A DNA stretch of 64,000 nucleotides, taken from the NCBI GenBank assembly GCA_002269645.1, contig NIVC01001776.1:124001-188000 (forward strand). The letters are read 5' to 3'. Positions 42,801 through 54,705 of this stretch are shown in pieces. The translations under genes were made by a program, and so were the position numbers. Below the pieces are notes generated by a model that was not told the DNA's origin, did no database searches, and saw only the letters and a program-made list of their open reading frames with translations. This stretch comes from Macrostomum lignano (Eukaryota). Position 1 is the stretch's first letter. Every line of letters starts with the position of its first letter.

Positions 42801-44691
42801 GGCCGTCAGGCGGACCGCCTGCCAGCTGAAGCGACAGCGCAGCGCTACGATCAGCACTCGATGACAGTCGGACTCGGCCGGGAGACGAACTCGCGACCAC
42901 GGATCGGCGCACAGCCGGTAATAGGCGGCCAGAGATCGGCGAACAAGTCGACGCCGCCCGCGACGCTGCTGGCTGGCGGGCTGGTCGGCCTGGAGTTGCA
43001 GCAGCAGCAGGCGGGCCAGGCAGGCGGGGAAGCCGGCCCGAAGGCAGGCCTGGCGACCCGGGGCGGAGCAGCGGCACAGCGCGGCCAGGCAGTTGAAGGC
43101 CAGGCGGCTGTCATCGCCGCCCAGCAGGCCGGCAGAAGCGACGGTCACCAGCGGGCTGCAGTCGAGATCGTCGGCCGTCAGGTGCTCAGGTGAGCAGGCT
43201 GGCAGCAGGTGGCCGAGCAGCCGGATAATAGCGGTGGTGATCACCGAGGCCGAGGACTTGGCGGGCTTTGACGCCTGCGCTGCTGACTGTTGCTGCCGCT
43301 TCGGAGGCTGGGACTGCGGCTGCTGGCCTGGAGATCTGCAGGGTGGGGAATCGTAAATGCATGGTTTGCATGAGGATCTGGGAGGCTGGCCCAGCAACTG
43401 AGGATCTGGGAGCCTGGCCCAGCAACTGAGGATCTGGGAGCCTGGCCCAGCAACTGGGGATCTGGGAGGCTGGCCCAGCAACTGGGGATCTGGGAGGCTG
43501 GCCCAGCAACTGAGGATCTGGGAGGCTGGCCCAGCAACTGGAGATCTGGGAGGCTGGCCCAGAGACTGAGGATCTGGGAGGCTGGCCCAGCAACTGAGGA
43601 TTTGGGAGGCTGGCCCAGCAACTGAGGATCTGGGAGGCTGGCCCAGAGACTGAGGATCTGGGAGGCTGGCCCAGCAACTGGGGATCTGGGAGGCTGGCCC
43701 AGCAACTGGGGATCTGGGAGGCTGGCCCAGAGACTGAGGATCTGGGAGGCTGGCCCAGCAACTGAGGATTTGGGAGGCTGGCCCAGCAACTGAGGATCTG
43801 GGAGGCTGGCCCAGCAACTGGGGATCTGGGAGGCTGGCCTAGCAACTGAGGATCTGGGAGGCTGGCCCAGCAACTGAGGATTTGGGAGGCTGGCCCAGCA
43901 ACTGAGGATCTGGGAGGCTGGCCCAGCAACTGGGGATCTGGGAGGCTGGCCCAGCAACTGAGGATTTGGGAGGCTGGCCCAGCAACTGACACTCTGGGAG
44001 TCTGGCCCAGCAACTGACACTCTGGGAGGCTGGCCCAGCAACTGAGGATCTGGGAGGCTGGCCCAGCAACTGAGGATTTGGGAGGCTGGCCCAGCAACTG
44101 AGGATCTGGGAGGCTGGCCCAGCAACTGGGGATCTGGGAGGCTGGCCCAGCAACTGAGGATCTGGGAGGCTGGCCCAGCAACTGAGGATCTGGGAGGCTG
44201 GCTCAGCAACTGAGGATCTGGGAGGCTGGCTCAGCAACTGAGGATCTTGGAGGCTGGCCCAGCAACTGAGGATCTGGGAGGCTGGCCCAGCAACTGAGGA
44301 TCTGGAAGGCTGGCCCAGCAACTGAGGATCTGGAAGGCTGGCCCAGCAACTGAGGATCTGTGTCCGGGAGGCCTCACCTGGAGAGTCTGGCAGCCAGTTT
44401 ATTCAGCAGGTGCGGACAGGCGCCAGCCGCCGCCAGCCGCTGCGGCCCGCCAGGCAGGCGAGTCACCAGGCGCAGACATCGAACCGACAGATAGACTTCA
44501 ACATCGTCGGTGTCTTCCGCATCAGCATTCGCCATGGCAACCAATTGTTCGCTGGCCTCCATAGCAACGAGCGGAGCGGCCGATCGCAGCAGGTCGTGAA
44601 TGCGTCGCTTAGCAACCAGAGAAGCGCCGGGGCCGCCGGAGGATTTGAGCAGGGAGTAGCTGGACAGCAGCGAGTCCAGCTGGCCGGCCAT
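39878..44691 (-). CDS. ARMC5: Armadillo repeat-containing protein 5-like (ARM + BTB), ~971 aa
   Basis: Exons 44378-44691, 41922-43335, 39878-41065 (phases 2,0 consistent). ARM region (RLCADPWSRVRL, CFAYDRRGLAELARWGL), Ser-rich linker, BTB (HRAALTARSDYFRALLAGSFAES...VLHLAYGC). Confidence 0.85.
41105..41860. repeat. Degenerate ~20-bp repeat with a perfect 39-bp higher-order block (ARMC5 intron 2)
   Basis: tctcatccaatctctggccg variants; atccaatatctggccgtctcattaatatatggctgtctc about 5 times. Confidence 0.88.
43370..44362. repeat. 28-bp minisatellite, ~35 copies (ARMC5 intron 1)
   Basis: Unit gaggatctgggaggctggcccagcaact. Confidence 0.96.
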
Positions 44692-45454
44692 GGCATCTCA
44701 GTGGCGAGGCTGCAAATCAAATTTTCGTCTAACCGGATGAAGAGCAAGCCGCTAGTCTTTGTATACTAAGAAGGCAATAAAAGAACAAAGAGGAAACGCT
44801 GAAAAAGTGTTCTGTTTATAATTCATAACTGCTTGCATAGTTTAATGGAAGGTTTAAATACGAAGTAGGTTTATTTGTGTTTGTAATAATACGAGCGTAT
44901 AGTATATAACAATATACAGTATACGAGATGAGAGCTTCGATATTAGTACAGAAGTATAAGTACCATAGTGTGAGTCTTGTACGGGAAAGTAGTGTAATGC
45001 GAGCATATTGGGTAGGGCCAGAGTAACTCTACCGAATCCCAACTCAGGGTGAAATTCTCTCTAACACGGGGTAGCCAGATTCAAACAAAACAAAACAATT
45101 GGCAATAATATAAAAAACGATTTGAAAGATTTCTGGGCTACCCCGCTATATCTCCGGTTTCTTAAATTTGGTAAAACAATATGCAAAACAGCTACTTACC
45201 AAAGTAAGTAGTATTGGGGCGTGGTGAGTCAGAGAGTCGGCGGAGCAGCAGGCAGGGCAAAAATAAGCTTTGTACAAATAAGATAAAGAAAAATACATCT
45301 CCGTAAAACAATGGTAAGCGACAGATGAATAAAACACTTTATTTAACAGAAGCCATTATTGATTGGTGAAATTCCAGGTACAGGTTTTCTATAAAATCAT
45401 CCTAAGGTTGCACTTGACCTGAGGATCAGACCAGTTCAAGGCGATTCTCACGGT

Positions 45455-46700
45455 AATTTATGGGGCGATTCTCATTGTGGACTATGGGGCGATTCTCAGC
45501 GTGGATTATAAGGCGATTCTCAGGGTGGATTATGAGGCGATTCTCAGGGTGGATTTTGGGGCGATTTTCATGGTGGATTATGGGGCGATTCTCATGGTGG
45601 ATTATGGGGCGATTCTCATGGTGGATTATGGGGCGATTCTCATGGTGGATTATGGGGCGATTCTCATGGTCGATTATGGGGCGATTCTCAGGGTGGATTA
45701 TAGGGCGATTCTCAGAGTGGATTATGGGGCGATTCTCATGGTGGATTATGGGGCGATTCTCAGGGTGGATTATGGGGCGATTCTCAGGGTGGATTATGGG
45801 GCGATTCTCAGGGTGGACTATGGGGCGATTCTCAGGGTGGACTATAGGGCGATTCCCAGGGTGGATTATGGGGCGATTCCCAAGGTGGATTATGAGGCGA
45901 TTCTCATGGTGGATTATGGGGCGATTCTCAGGGTGGATTATAGGGCGATTCTCAGCGTGGATTATGGGGCGATTCTCAGCGTGGATTATGAGGCGATTCT
46001 CAGCGTGGATTATGGGGCGATTCCCAGGGTGGATTATGGGGCGATTCCCAAGATGGATTATGGGGCGATTCTCATGGTGGATTATGGGGCGATTCTCAGG
46101 GTGGATTATGGGGCGATTCTCAGCGTGGATTATGAGGCGATTCTCAGCGTGGATTATGGGGCGATTCTCATGGTGGATTATGGGGCGATTCTCATGGTGG
46201 ATTATGGGGCGATTCTCAGCGTGGATTATGAGGCGATTCTCAGCGTGGATTATGGGGCGATTCCCAGGGTGGATTATGGGGCGATTCCCAGGGTGGATTA
46301 TGGGGCGATTCCCAAGGTGGATTATGGGGCGATTCTCATGATGGATTATGGGGCGATTCTCAGGGTGGACTATGGGGCGATTCTCATGGTGGATTATGGG
46401 GCGATTCTCATGGTGGATTATGGGGCGATTCTCAGGGTGGATTATGGGGCGATTCTCAGGGTGGATTATGGGGCGATTCTCAGGGTGGATTATGGGGCGA
46501 TTCTCATGGTGGATTATGGGGCGATTCTCAGGGTGGATTATGAGGCAATTCTCAGGGTGGATTGTGGGGCGATTCTCATGGTGGATTACGATACGAATTT
46601 TCATAGTGGATTATGAGGCGATTCTCATGGTGGATTATGCTGCGATTCTCATGGTAGATTATGGGGCGAATGTAAGGGGCGATTCTCAGAGTGGTTTATG
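45455..46700. repeat. 24-bp minisatellite, ~50 copies, between JADE-like and ARMC5
   Basis: Unit ggattatggggcgattctcagggt. Confidence 0.96.
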
Positions 46701-46933
46701 GGGCGAATTTTATATCGTTTACTACGGGGGCTGGACAATTCTGGGAAAGAAATCTAAAAATATCAGATATCGCAAGGCCATTTTCAGAACGTGTTCGAAA
46801 ACCCCAAGCCGCAAAATCCCGTAGACAACTTGGCATAATTTGAATTACTTATCATTTATAACAAACAAAACTAACGCAGTCGCTTTTTCCCAACACCTGC
46901 AGATCCGTCTTGCTGCCTTGGCCAGCGCCTCAG

Positions 46934-49900
46934 CTACCGCGGTCTGGGCCTCTGTCGCCGAGGCGTCGTCAGCTTCTGCTGCCGCTTACTTGCTGCCGGC
47001 ACCGCGGCATGAGTGGCAGAGTTTGCACGCGGTTGCCCATTCCGCCTGACTGATTTAACAGCGGAAGCTCTGCAGCTGTGACCCCGCCGCTTGTCTGAGT
47101 TGTTGTTGCCGTCAACCTGCGGCGGCCGACTACCAGCTGGCATCGGCGGAGTCGACGGCGAGCTGGAGGCCGCGGCGGCTCCTTTCTGCTTGCCGAACTG
47201 GCAGCCCAGCTGGCACTCGCCAATCCGCTGGCAGGTGTGCAGCAGGCTGCGCTTGGTTTTCTCCCGCCTCAGCACCAGGTAGCAGAGATTGCGGACTCGC
47301 TCCAGGTCCAGCCTGAGGCGGACCAGGGTGCGGCCCTGCTGCACCAGCTTCGCGTCCTCGGCGCCGCCGCCGCCGCCCGGGCCTTCGATGCTGACAGCCG
47401 GCGACGAGCTCTGATAGCCGCAGTCTGCGGCTGATGTCGCTGAAGCAGCCGCAGAAGCCACGGCCTGCTGCGCCAATGGCAGGTGCAACTGCTGGCAGAG
47501 GTGGCCAGAAGGGTCGGAGCAGTCGGCCACGGAGGTGGTCAGCATTGGGCGACAGCCGCCTGCCTGCGAGAGGGAAATGCAGATTGCCATGTGAGGAGCG
47601 GAGAGGCTCATGCAAGGAGCGGATGTGAGGAGGAGCGGCTCATGAAGGGAGCGGATGTGAGGAGGAGCGGCTCATGAAGGGAGCGGATGTGAGGAGGAGC
47701 GGCTCATGAAGGGAGCGGATGTGAGGAGGAGCGGCTCATGAAGGGAGCGGATGTGAGGAGGAGCGGCTCATGAAGGTAGCGGATGTGAGGAGGAGCGGCT
47801 CATGAAGGGAGCGGATGTGAGGAGGAGCGGCTCATGAAGGGAGCGGATGTGAGGAGGAGCGGCTCATGAAGGGAGCGGATGTGAGGAGGAGCGGCTCATG
47901 AAGGGAGCGGATGTGAGGAGGAGCGGCTCATGAAGGGAGCGGATGTGAGGGAGAGGCGCAGGTGCCTGTGGTAAAACTCACAGTTCTCTTCAGCTTCCAG
48001 TAATCCAGAACGAGCGACACAGTTTTGGCGTCGATCTTTCGCGAGCCAAGGCTGCGCTGCAGGTCGCCGGGACTGACGGCCGTGTGGAAGTTTGCCTCCA
48101 ACTCTTTTAGCCTGCGGGTTTTTTAGTAACTTACAAGTAGTATATTAAGGATATTTTTGGGATTAAAGCATCTAGAAGGGTCGAGATTGAGATCTGGGGT
48201 CGGAATCTGGGATGAAGTGGGTATGAAAGCCATGGAATTGTAACGCTGAAGGGGAAAGGGAAACTTTAGGGGATCTGTAATAATGGGAATACTGGGATCA
48301 GGAATGGAAAACTTGATTAAAAGGGGATTTTGAATGGGAAAACTAGGATAAAAGGTTATTTTGAATGGGAAAACTAGGATAAAAGGTTATTTTGAATGGG
48401 AAAACTAGGATCAAAGGTTATTTTGAATGGGAAAACTAGGATAAAAGGTTATTTTGAATGGGAAAACTAGGATAAAAGGTTATTTTGAATGGGAAAACTA
48501 GGATAAAAGGGAATTTTGAATGGGAAAACTAGGATAAAAGGGAATTTTGAATGGGAAAACTAGGATAAAAGCGGATTTGGAATGGGAAAACGACGATAAA
48601 AGCGGATTTTAAATGGGAAAACTCGGATAAAAGGGGATTTGGAATGGGAAAACTAGGATAAAAGGGGATTTTGAATGGGAAAACGAGGATAAAAGGGGAT
48701 TTTGAATGGGAAAACTTGTACTTAGACATCGGAGAATATCAGGGGAAGTGAAAGACAGCAAATGGGATCCACCAGAAAGCAAAACCTACTTCATGTTTCT
48801 CTTATTAAGAAGGCCATTGTCAGGTCCGGTACGATTTCTTCCCAGTGTCTCCCGCTGCAGTGCCAAAGCCAGCTGAACAGGTGGCTTCCCCTTGAGCTGT
48901 TTCAGCTTCCGCTTGAGCTTCATCAGCTGCTCTCGCCTACGGCGCCACTGCCGCTCGCGTCCCATGGCTTTGGCCGCTTCAGCCGTGTCGGCGTGTCGAT
49001 CACAGTACACCAGGTACTTTCGTCGACCGTCCCGACCTTCTACTGAGGCCAGCCGGCCTCCGCTGCCGGCTACGCCGACGCTGCCGCAGCTGGTTGCTAG
49101 GCAACCGACGTGGAATGCGGCGTTGCAGCGCCGGACGCCGCACTGGACGCAGGCGCCGACGCCGCGCTGTCGACAGATCCGACAGAGCAGGGCGCGTCGC
49201 CACGGCGGCACCTCGGCTTCGAAGTCCTGAGAAGTGAAAGATAAACAGAAGTTGATTCGTTTTTCAAAATTGGCCTCTTCAAACGTTGCGAGCATTGACC
49301 ACAAATTCATTTCGAGCGGTTTCCTCACACTATCTGGTTGTCTATGTAAACAATAGTAATAACAATAATTGATTACACCTGCCCCGATTGGGCCAGATGT
49401 GCAACCGACAGCTTAGCCGCAGCTATTGCGCGGCGCATCTGAAGGCTGCGTACGGCTGTTCAGTCCAAGGACTGGGGGGTCGCCACACACCCTCAATTAC
49501 CCCAGCTAATGCTGGCACCCATTTTACAGCTGGGGTGAACTGAAGCAATGCAGAGGTTGAAAGTGTCTTTCTCAATAACACAAATTGTTCCAGTGAGATC
49601 GGGAATCGAACCCCCGACCTTCCAAGTCGTGAGTCCGACGCTCTAAACTACTAGGCTACAGCCCCTGTCCACCACTAATGTAAACAAATGCATAAAAAGA
49701 CAACTACTAATATCCTCTCAGCTCGCAGGCACCCCCCCCCCCCCTTGGACTCAAAGATCGGCCAATCACAATCAGCACCGTCACCCCCTCACCTGAAGGG
49801 GCTCAGTGACGGCGTCAACATCGCCGAAGGTGACCTCGGGCAGCCAGAGCGCGCAGGCCAGGTGGCACCAGGAGTCGGGGTCGCAGCCAGCCGATTTCAT

Positions 49901-50285
49901 GGCTATGACGTGGCCAAACGAAGCCGCCGACGAAGAGGACGAGGCGTCGTTGGCCGGGCAGAGCAGGCAGTCCGGGCGGCGGCGGAGGCCCCGGCTGCAG
50001 GGCTGGCACAGCCAGGTGCCCTCGGGCACGTCGGTCAGGCCGTAGCAGGCCTGGTGCACCGCGGCGTCGCAGCCGTCGCAGAAGACGATCTCGTTGTCTG
50101 GGCCGGCCTCCGGGCAGAGGCAGGCGCTGCAGGCTACGCTGGAGTCGAACTCGATGCCCAGGCCGGCGGTGCCCCGGAGACTGGCCTGGGAGGGGGGGGT
50201 TCAGTGTGCAGGCCGCTTAGCAAAATTCTTAGCCGCTTAGCAAAATTCTTAGCCGCTTAGCAAAGACAGACAGACAGACAGACAC

Positions 50286-50344
<59 letters not shown>

Positions 50345-51609
50345 CACAGACAGACAGACGGTCAGACAGACAGAAAGAAAGCCGTACCTGAAGCCGGGCA
50401 TGCGTGGCCACCTCGGCGGCGGTGATGACGGCTTCCAGATGGTCAGGTGACACGCCAGTCAGTCGCATCCACCTGGCGTCCAGTTCGTCGGAGCAATAGC
50501 CAACGGTGGAGCCGTCGCGGATAGCCGCGGGCAGGTCCTCGGAGGCCGGCTCGGTGCGGAGCAGCTGACGGGCGGGCAGGCGCCAGCTGGCGGGCTTTCC
50601 GGCTGGCGCGGTGGCCGCCTCGCTGCTCAGCGGATTGTCGCCGGGTGACAGCAGGCGAACGGTCGGCTCCAGCCGGTCCGAGTCGATTGGCACCTGAGGA
50701 ATGCGGGGTGAGATTGGGGCAGTCCAATCTGGTCAAGTCTGCTATTATGCTGGAAACTTTACTCGTGTCAATACAAAAAGTGACGATTTACTGAAAAACA
50801 TCACGCTTACTCGTAAAAGAGCCATTTCTAGGAAATACTGATTTGGCAGAAGCTTCCACTTTGCAATGGACAGTTCTTTAAAAGCGTAGTTAGACAGACC
50901 TGAGAAGACAAACAGACAGACAAACACACAAACAAGGCAAGCAGACAGTCAGACACACAAACAAGGCAAGCAGACAGTCAGACACACAAACAAGGCAAGC
51001 AGTCAGACACACAAACAAGGCAAGCAGACAGTCAGACACACAAACAAGACAAGCACACAGACAGACACACAAACAAGACAAGCAGACAGACACAAACAAG
51101 ACAAGCAGACAGACACAAACAAGACAAGCAGACAGAAACAAACAAGACAAGCACACAGACAGACACAAAAAAGACAAACAGACAGACAGACACACAAACA
51201 GACAGTCAGACACACAAACATGACAAACAGACAGACAGACAAACAGGCCAGAACAGACAGGCGATAATTTTATCTACTTCATAATCACCTGAACGCCTCG
51301 CTGCCACTCGTGTCGCCAGGGATCCGTGACCCGCAGCGGCCGCTTACTGGGCAGGCCGGGCTCAGCATCGGGGACGGTCATGCGGCTCACGTAGGCCGCG
51401 TCGAAGCACTCGGCTAGGGTGGACTGGCTGTCCGCATCGAATTGGCGCCATCGGCGAAGCCGCCTGTGCCAGTCGGAGACCAGACTGTGCTGCTGCTCCC
51501 GATGATGCTTCTTGACTTGATGCGGCTGAGCAGGATGCTGCTGCCGCTGATGCTGATGATTGTTATGCCTGCCAGCAGCCGAGGCGGATGCTCGCAATAC
51601 TGAAGGCAT
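46934..51609 (-). CDS. JADE: JADE/PHF17 (rhinoceros)-like EPC-N + PHD-ZnK-PHD chromatin protein, ~738 aa
   Basis: Exons 51289-51609, 50388-50693, 49793-50185, 48790-49226, 47982-48111, 46934-47563 with consistent phases. DPWRHEWQRGVQVP, GLGIEFD..C..C, IVFCDGCDAAVHQACYG..VPEGTWLCQPC, HLACALWLPEV, GACVQC, DYWKLKR, LRLDLERVRNLCYLVLRREK. Start codon and extreme 3' end are less certain (possible extra intron ~46990-46903). Confidence 0.9.
47590..47950. repeat. 32-bp minisatellite, ~11 copies (JADE intron 5)
   Basis: Unit ggatgtgaggaggagcggctcatgaagggagc. Confidence 0.95.
48315..48718. repeat. ~30-bp minisatellite, ~13 copies (JADE intron 4)
   Basis: Unit like gaatgggaaaactaggataaaaggttattt. Confidence 0.93.
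49350..49665 (-). mobile_element. CORE-type SINE copy 3 (full length, JADE intron 3)
   Basis: Reverse complement matches copy 1 from the tRNA-like head to the (att)n tail. Confidence 0.88.
50263..50380. repeat. (GACA)n microsatellite (JADE intron 2)
   Basis: Direct observation. Confidence 0.95.
50895..51260. repeat. Degenerate GACA/CAAA simple repeat (JADE intron 1)
   Basis: Direct observation. Confidence 0.9.
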
Positions 51610-54600
51610 TGAGCAGGGGACTTCCCGCACCAGATTTTATTCAACAGTGTGTGTTTAGGAAGCAGTAGTCAATGCTGAGTTGTAGCATTGAGTGACTATT
51701 ACTGATTGGAGAGTTGCATCAATGCAATTCAGATTAAGCGATTGATTAAATTTATCCTAATAATTCTAACTATTGGGGGTTTTGTTTTATAGACATTTGT
51801 CAGATCAATGTGTGTGCTATAGGAAGTCCTCATGTCCCAACTGTGGCCAATTTGTTTTTTTGGCTCACTGGGAGAATGCATTAAATTTTCTTGGATCATA
51901 AAGAAAGCTGGCTTTCTTGGATCATAAAGTTTACCCCAGTGGTGACTTGATTTCTACTAAAGTTTATTGCAAACCAAACTATATTGACCTTGAACAATAA
52001 TGCTCTTTGTTCAAGGCAGTGAAAACTTGGTCTGATTAAATGCATGCTTCATTGGACTTTGGATTTTTATCATGAAGTTGAAATGCTCAGTCAAAAAAAT
52101 TCTTTAATCCCTCTTTAATTGTGTAAACTTATGTTAATGCTCGCATCCAATTAACTTAATATTTCAAATGTGTAAAGAATTTTTATATTCTGTATCTATG
52201 GGTTAATAACTGCATTAAACTATTTAAAGTGTACATGGGTGGGTGCCTTGTGATGTGTATACCACACAATTGTTGGATGTTATTGGAATATGCATTTTAT
52301 TAGGATAATTATAAGCATAACAGTGTCTTATAACTTAAGCATACATATTAGGAAACTTTAGTAACTACTATGCAATGTGCAAGAGGAACAGTGAAAACTT
52401 ATTCTAATATGTTTTACCAATTAGTTTGTCTGCAAAGCAGATCTTTGGTTCTATGCTTCCCTTCTTATTTTGCAACCTTAATATCAAAGTCAATAGTTGA
52501 GTCATTTTATTTGATGATACACTTACAACAGCAACAAGGAGGCCAGACAAATGATACCCTGCAGCTATGGACCAAGCTGGCTTAGACCATGGCCCCCATT
52601 GGCAGCAAAGCTAGCAAGTTATTTCTTGACTAGGCTGCATGTAGATGTATCATTCTAGCAGTAATAATTGTGGTCTACACTTGCATAGGGTGCCATTTTT
52701 TATTCCCAGTCTAAGGCAATAGCACATGCCACTAGTAAGGTGATGGACAAGAAGAAAAATGCTGCAGGCAGCTACTCCTTGATTGGTGATATGGTGATAC
52801 AAATAAGTAGAACTAGTAAAGACTATAATACTTGTATATAGTATACAAGTTGGCATATAAGCAACTTTATTCTTAGCATAATTTTTTATTAATATCAGCA
52901 TAGAATAAAAAACTAGAATTTTCATTCCATTGTATGCCTACCATGGTCTAGACTAGGGTTTGCACTGCAGTGCTGATAAATCCCTCTTCTCTTAACCAGC
53001 TTAGTAAATTAACTGCACTTATAAACTAGATTAACCTTTTTAATCATTGATCAATAAGCCTGCCTAGCATTAGCTTGAGTAATTTGCCAGGCAACTAATG
53101 ACATAAAAATACCAAATTTCTTGATTCCAAATAAGCTCTGAGAAATATCAGTCTATAATACATTAATTATAGTGGTAGTAGCACTATTATAATTATAGTA
53201 GGAATCAAAGTATATACATATATATTGATTTGTGTTTAGACCAGAATGAACTATGTCAAACTTATAATTACTTGATTATGACTTGAACTACCTTCTCCCT
53301 GGAATTGAAGACCTGGCAAATAGAATAACCCAATGGAATTAATGAGTTCTACACAAAAAATTAACTTGAATTGTGCAAACTCACATGTAGGCACTAGGTA
53401 ACAATTCAAAAGTCTAAACTACCCCAATTTAGAATTTTGTCTCAAACTGCCCCCATCTTAGAGAGACCACTCCCTGCTAGTTTTCTATTAAAAAGGTCAC
53501 CATTGAAACTAATATAGTAATTACTTTATATTTTAATATTAGAATAGAATCATGTACACATTTTTGAACAAAAAAAGTTCACTTAAAATGACCTATAGGA
53601 AGTTATCTACACCCAATGTGCAAGCATTCTTAGCAGTTATGCACTCTTTTATAAAAAATGAATCTCCTAAACCCAATATTTTCAAGCAAATTTGGCACAG
53701 TTTTGAAAATGTACAAAAATGTACATTGTACACCCATAGTGCAGAAGGATTTCTGTATACGACGGAAGGTAAATTTTCATTTCGGCCTGTTGTACGACAG
53801 TACGACAGGGATTGGAAAATGGTACTAGTGTTGTACGACAGAGTTAGAGTTTAAGGAAGTGCTGTACGACAAAAATAGTGGCACTTACATATGTGGGTAG
53901 GTGCAGGAAATTCTTGATATTGCGTTTTTTTCAATATGCAAAGTAAAACAACAGATATATTGTACTTTTCTGCTTGCAATGTAAGGTATAGTTTTGCGCC
54001 AATAAAATTGAATTTAAGAGTTTGTACGAATTTCTTCTAATATACTAAAAATGAAATGCTTGGTTGCTTGCTTGTAATTGATTTTCTCCCGAACGGCTCA
54101 ACCGATTTTCTTCAAACTTGAACCATTCGATCAGAAATTTTCCCGGGACGGTACATGCATATTGGCTAAGAAATTGCTCAATGTTAAAGGGATTAAATAT
54201 TCGAAAAACATGATTTTTTGCAAAGGTCAAGCAGCTCTTTCGACCTGAAATGCATTGTAAGAATGCTAGAGAAAAATCTGACTGGTTGAATTCTGATTCT
54301 GAAATAGATTGCATCACAATACACTTTATTTATCGTCTGTGTACTGGCTGAATTTGACACTCAATTGAATTGCGTCACAGCTTTGAGGGTGAAAGTATAG
54401 TGCAGTACTGAATTTATATTACGTAACCATATTGTTAACTTTCATAGACACTGGTACTGACTTGCCTAAGAAATTGATTATGTCATAACTGCTTCGCGTG
54501 ACTTTTTACTCTACCTGACTTGGTGTGAGTGTTGAATTAATTATATAAGTGGTACAAATTCACTGATAACTTCGATGAGAGCTAGCCTAGAGCTGAGCAG

Positions 54601-54705
54601 ACCAGACTGCTAATGCAGCGACCTGGGTTCGAATCTAAGTAGTTTAAAAGTAGTAGTGTAAAATTTTTTATTAAAAGCTTTTATTAAAGGACTAAATAAA
54701 AACAC

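Noticed and set aside
45045-45146. Short inverted repeat cggggtagccaga / tctgggctaccccg
   Set aside because: Only ~13 bp, with no TSD or second copy in the window; insufficient to call an element.
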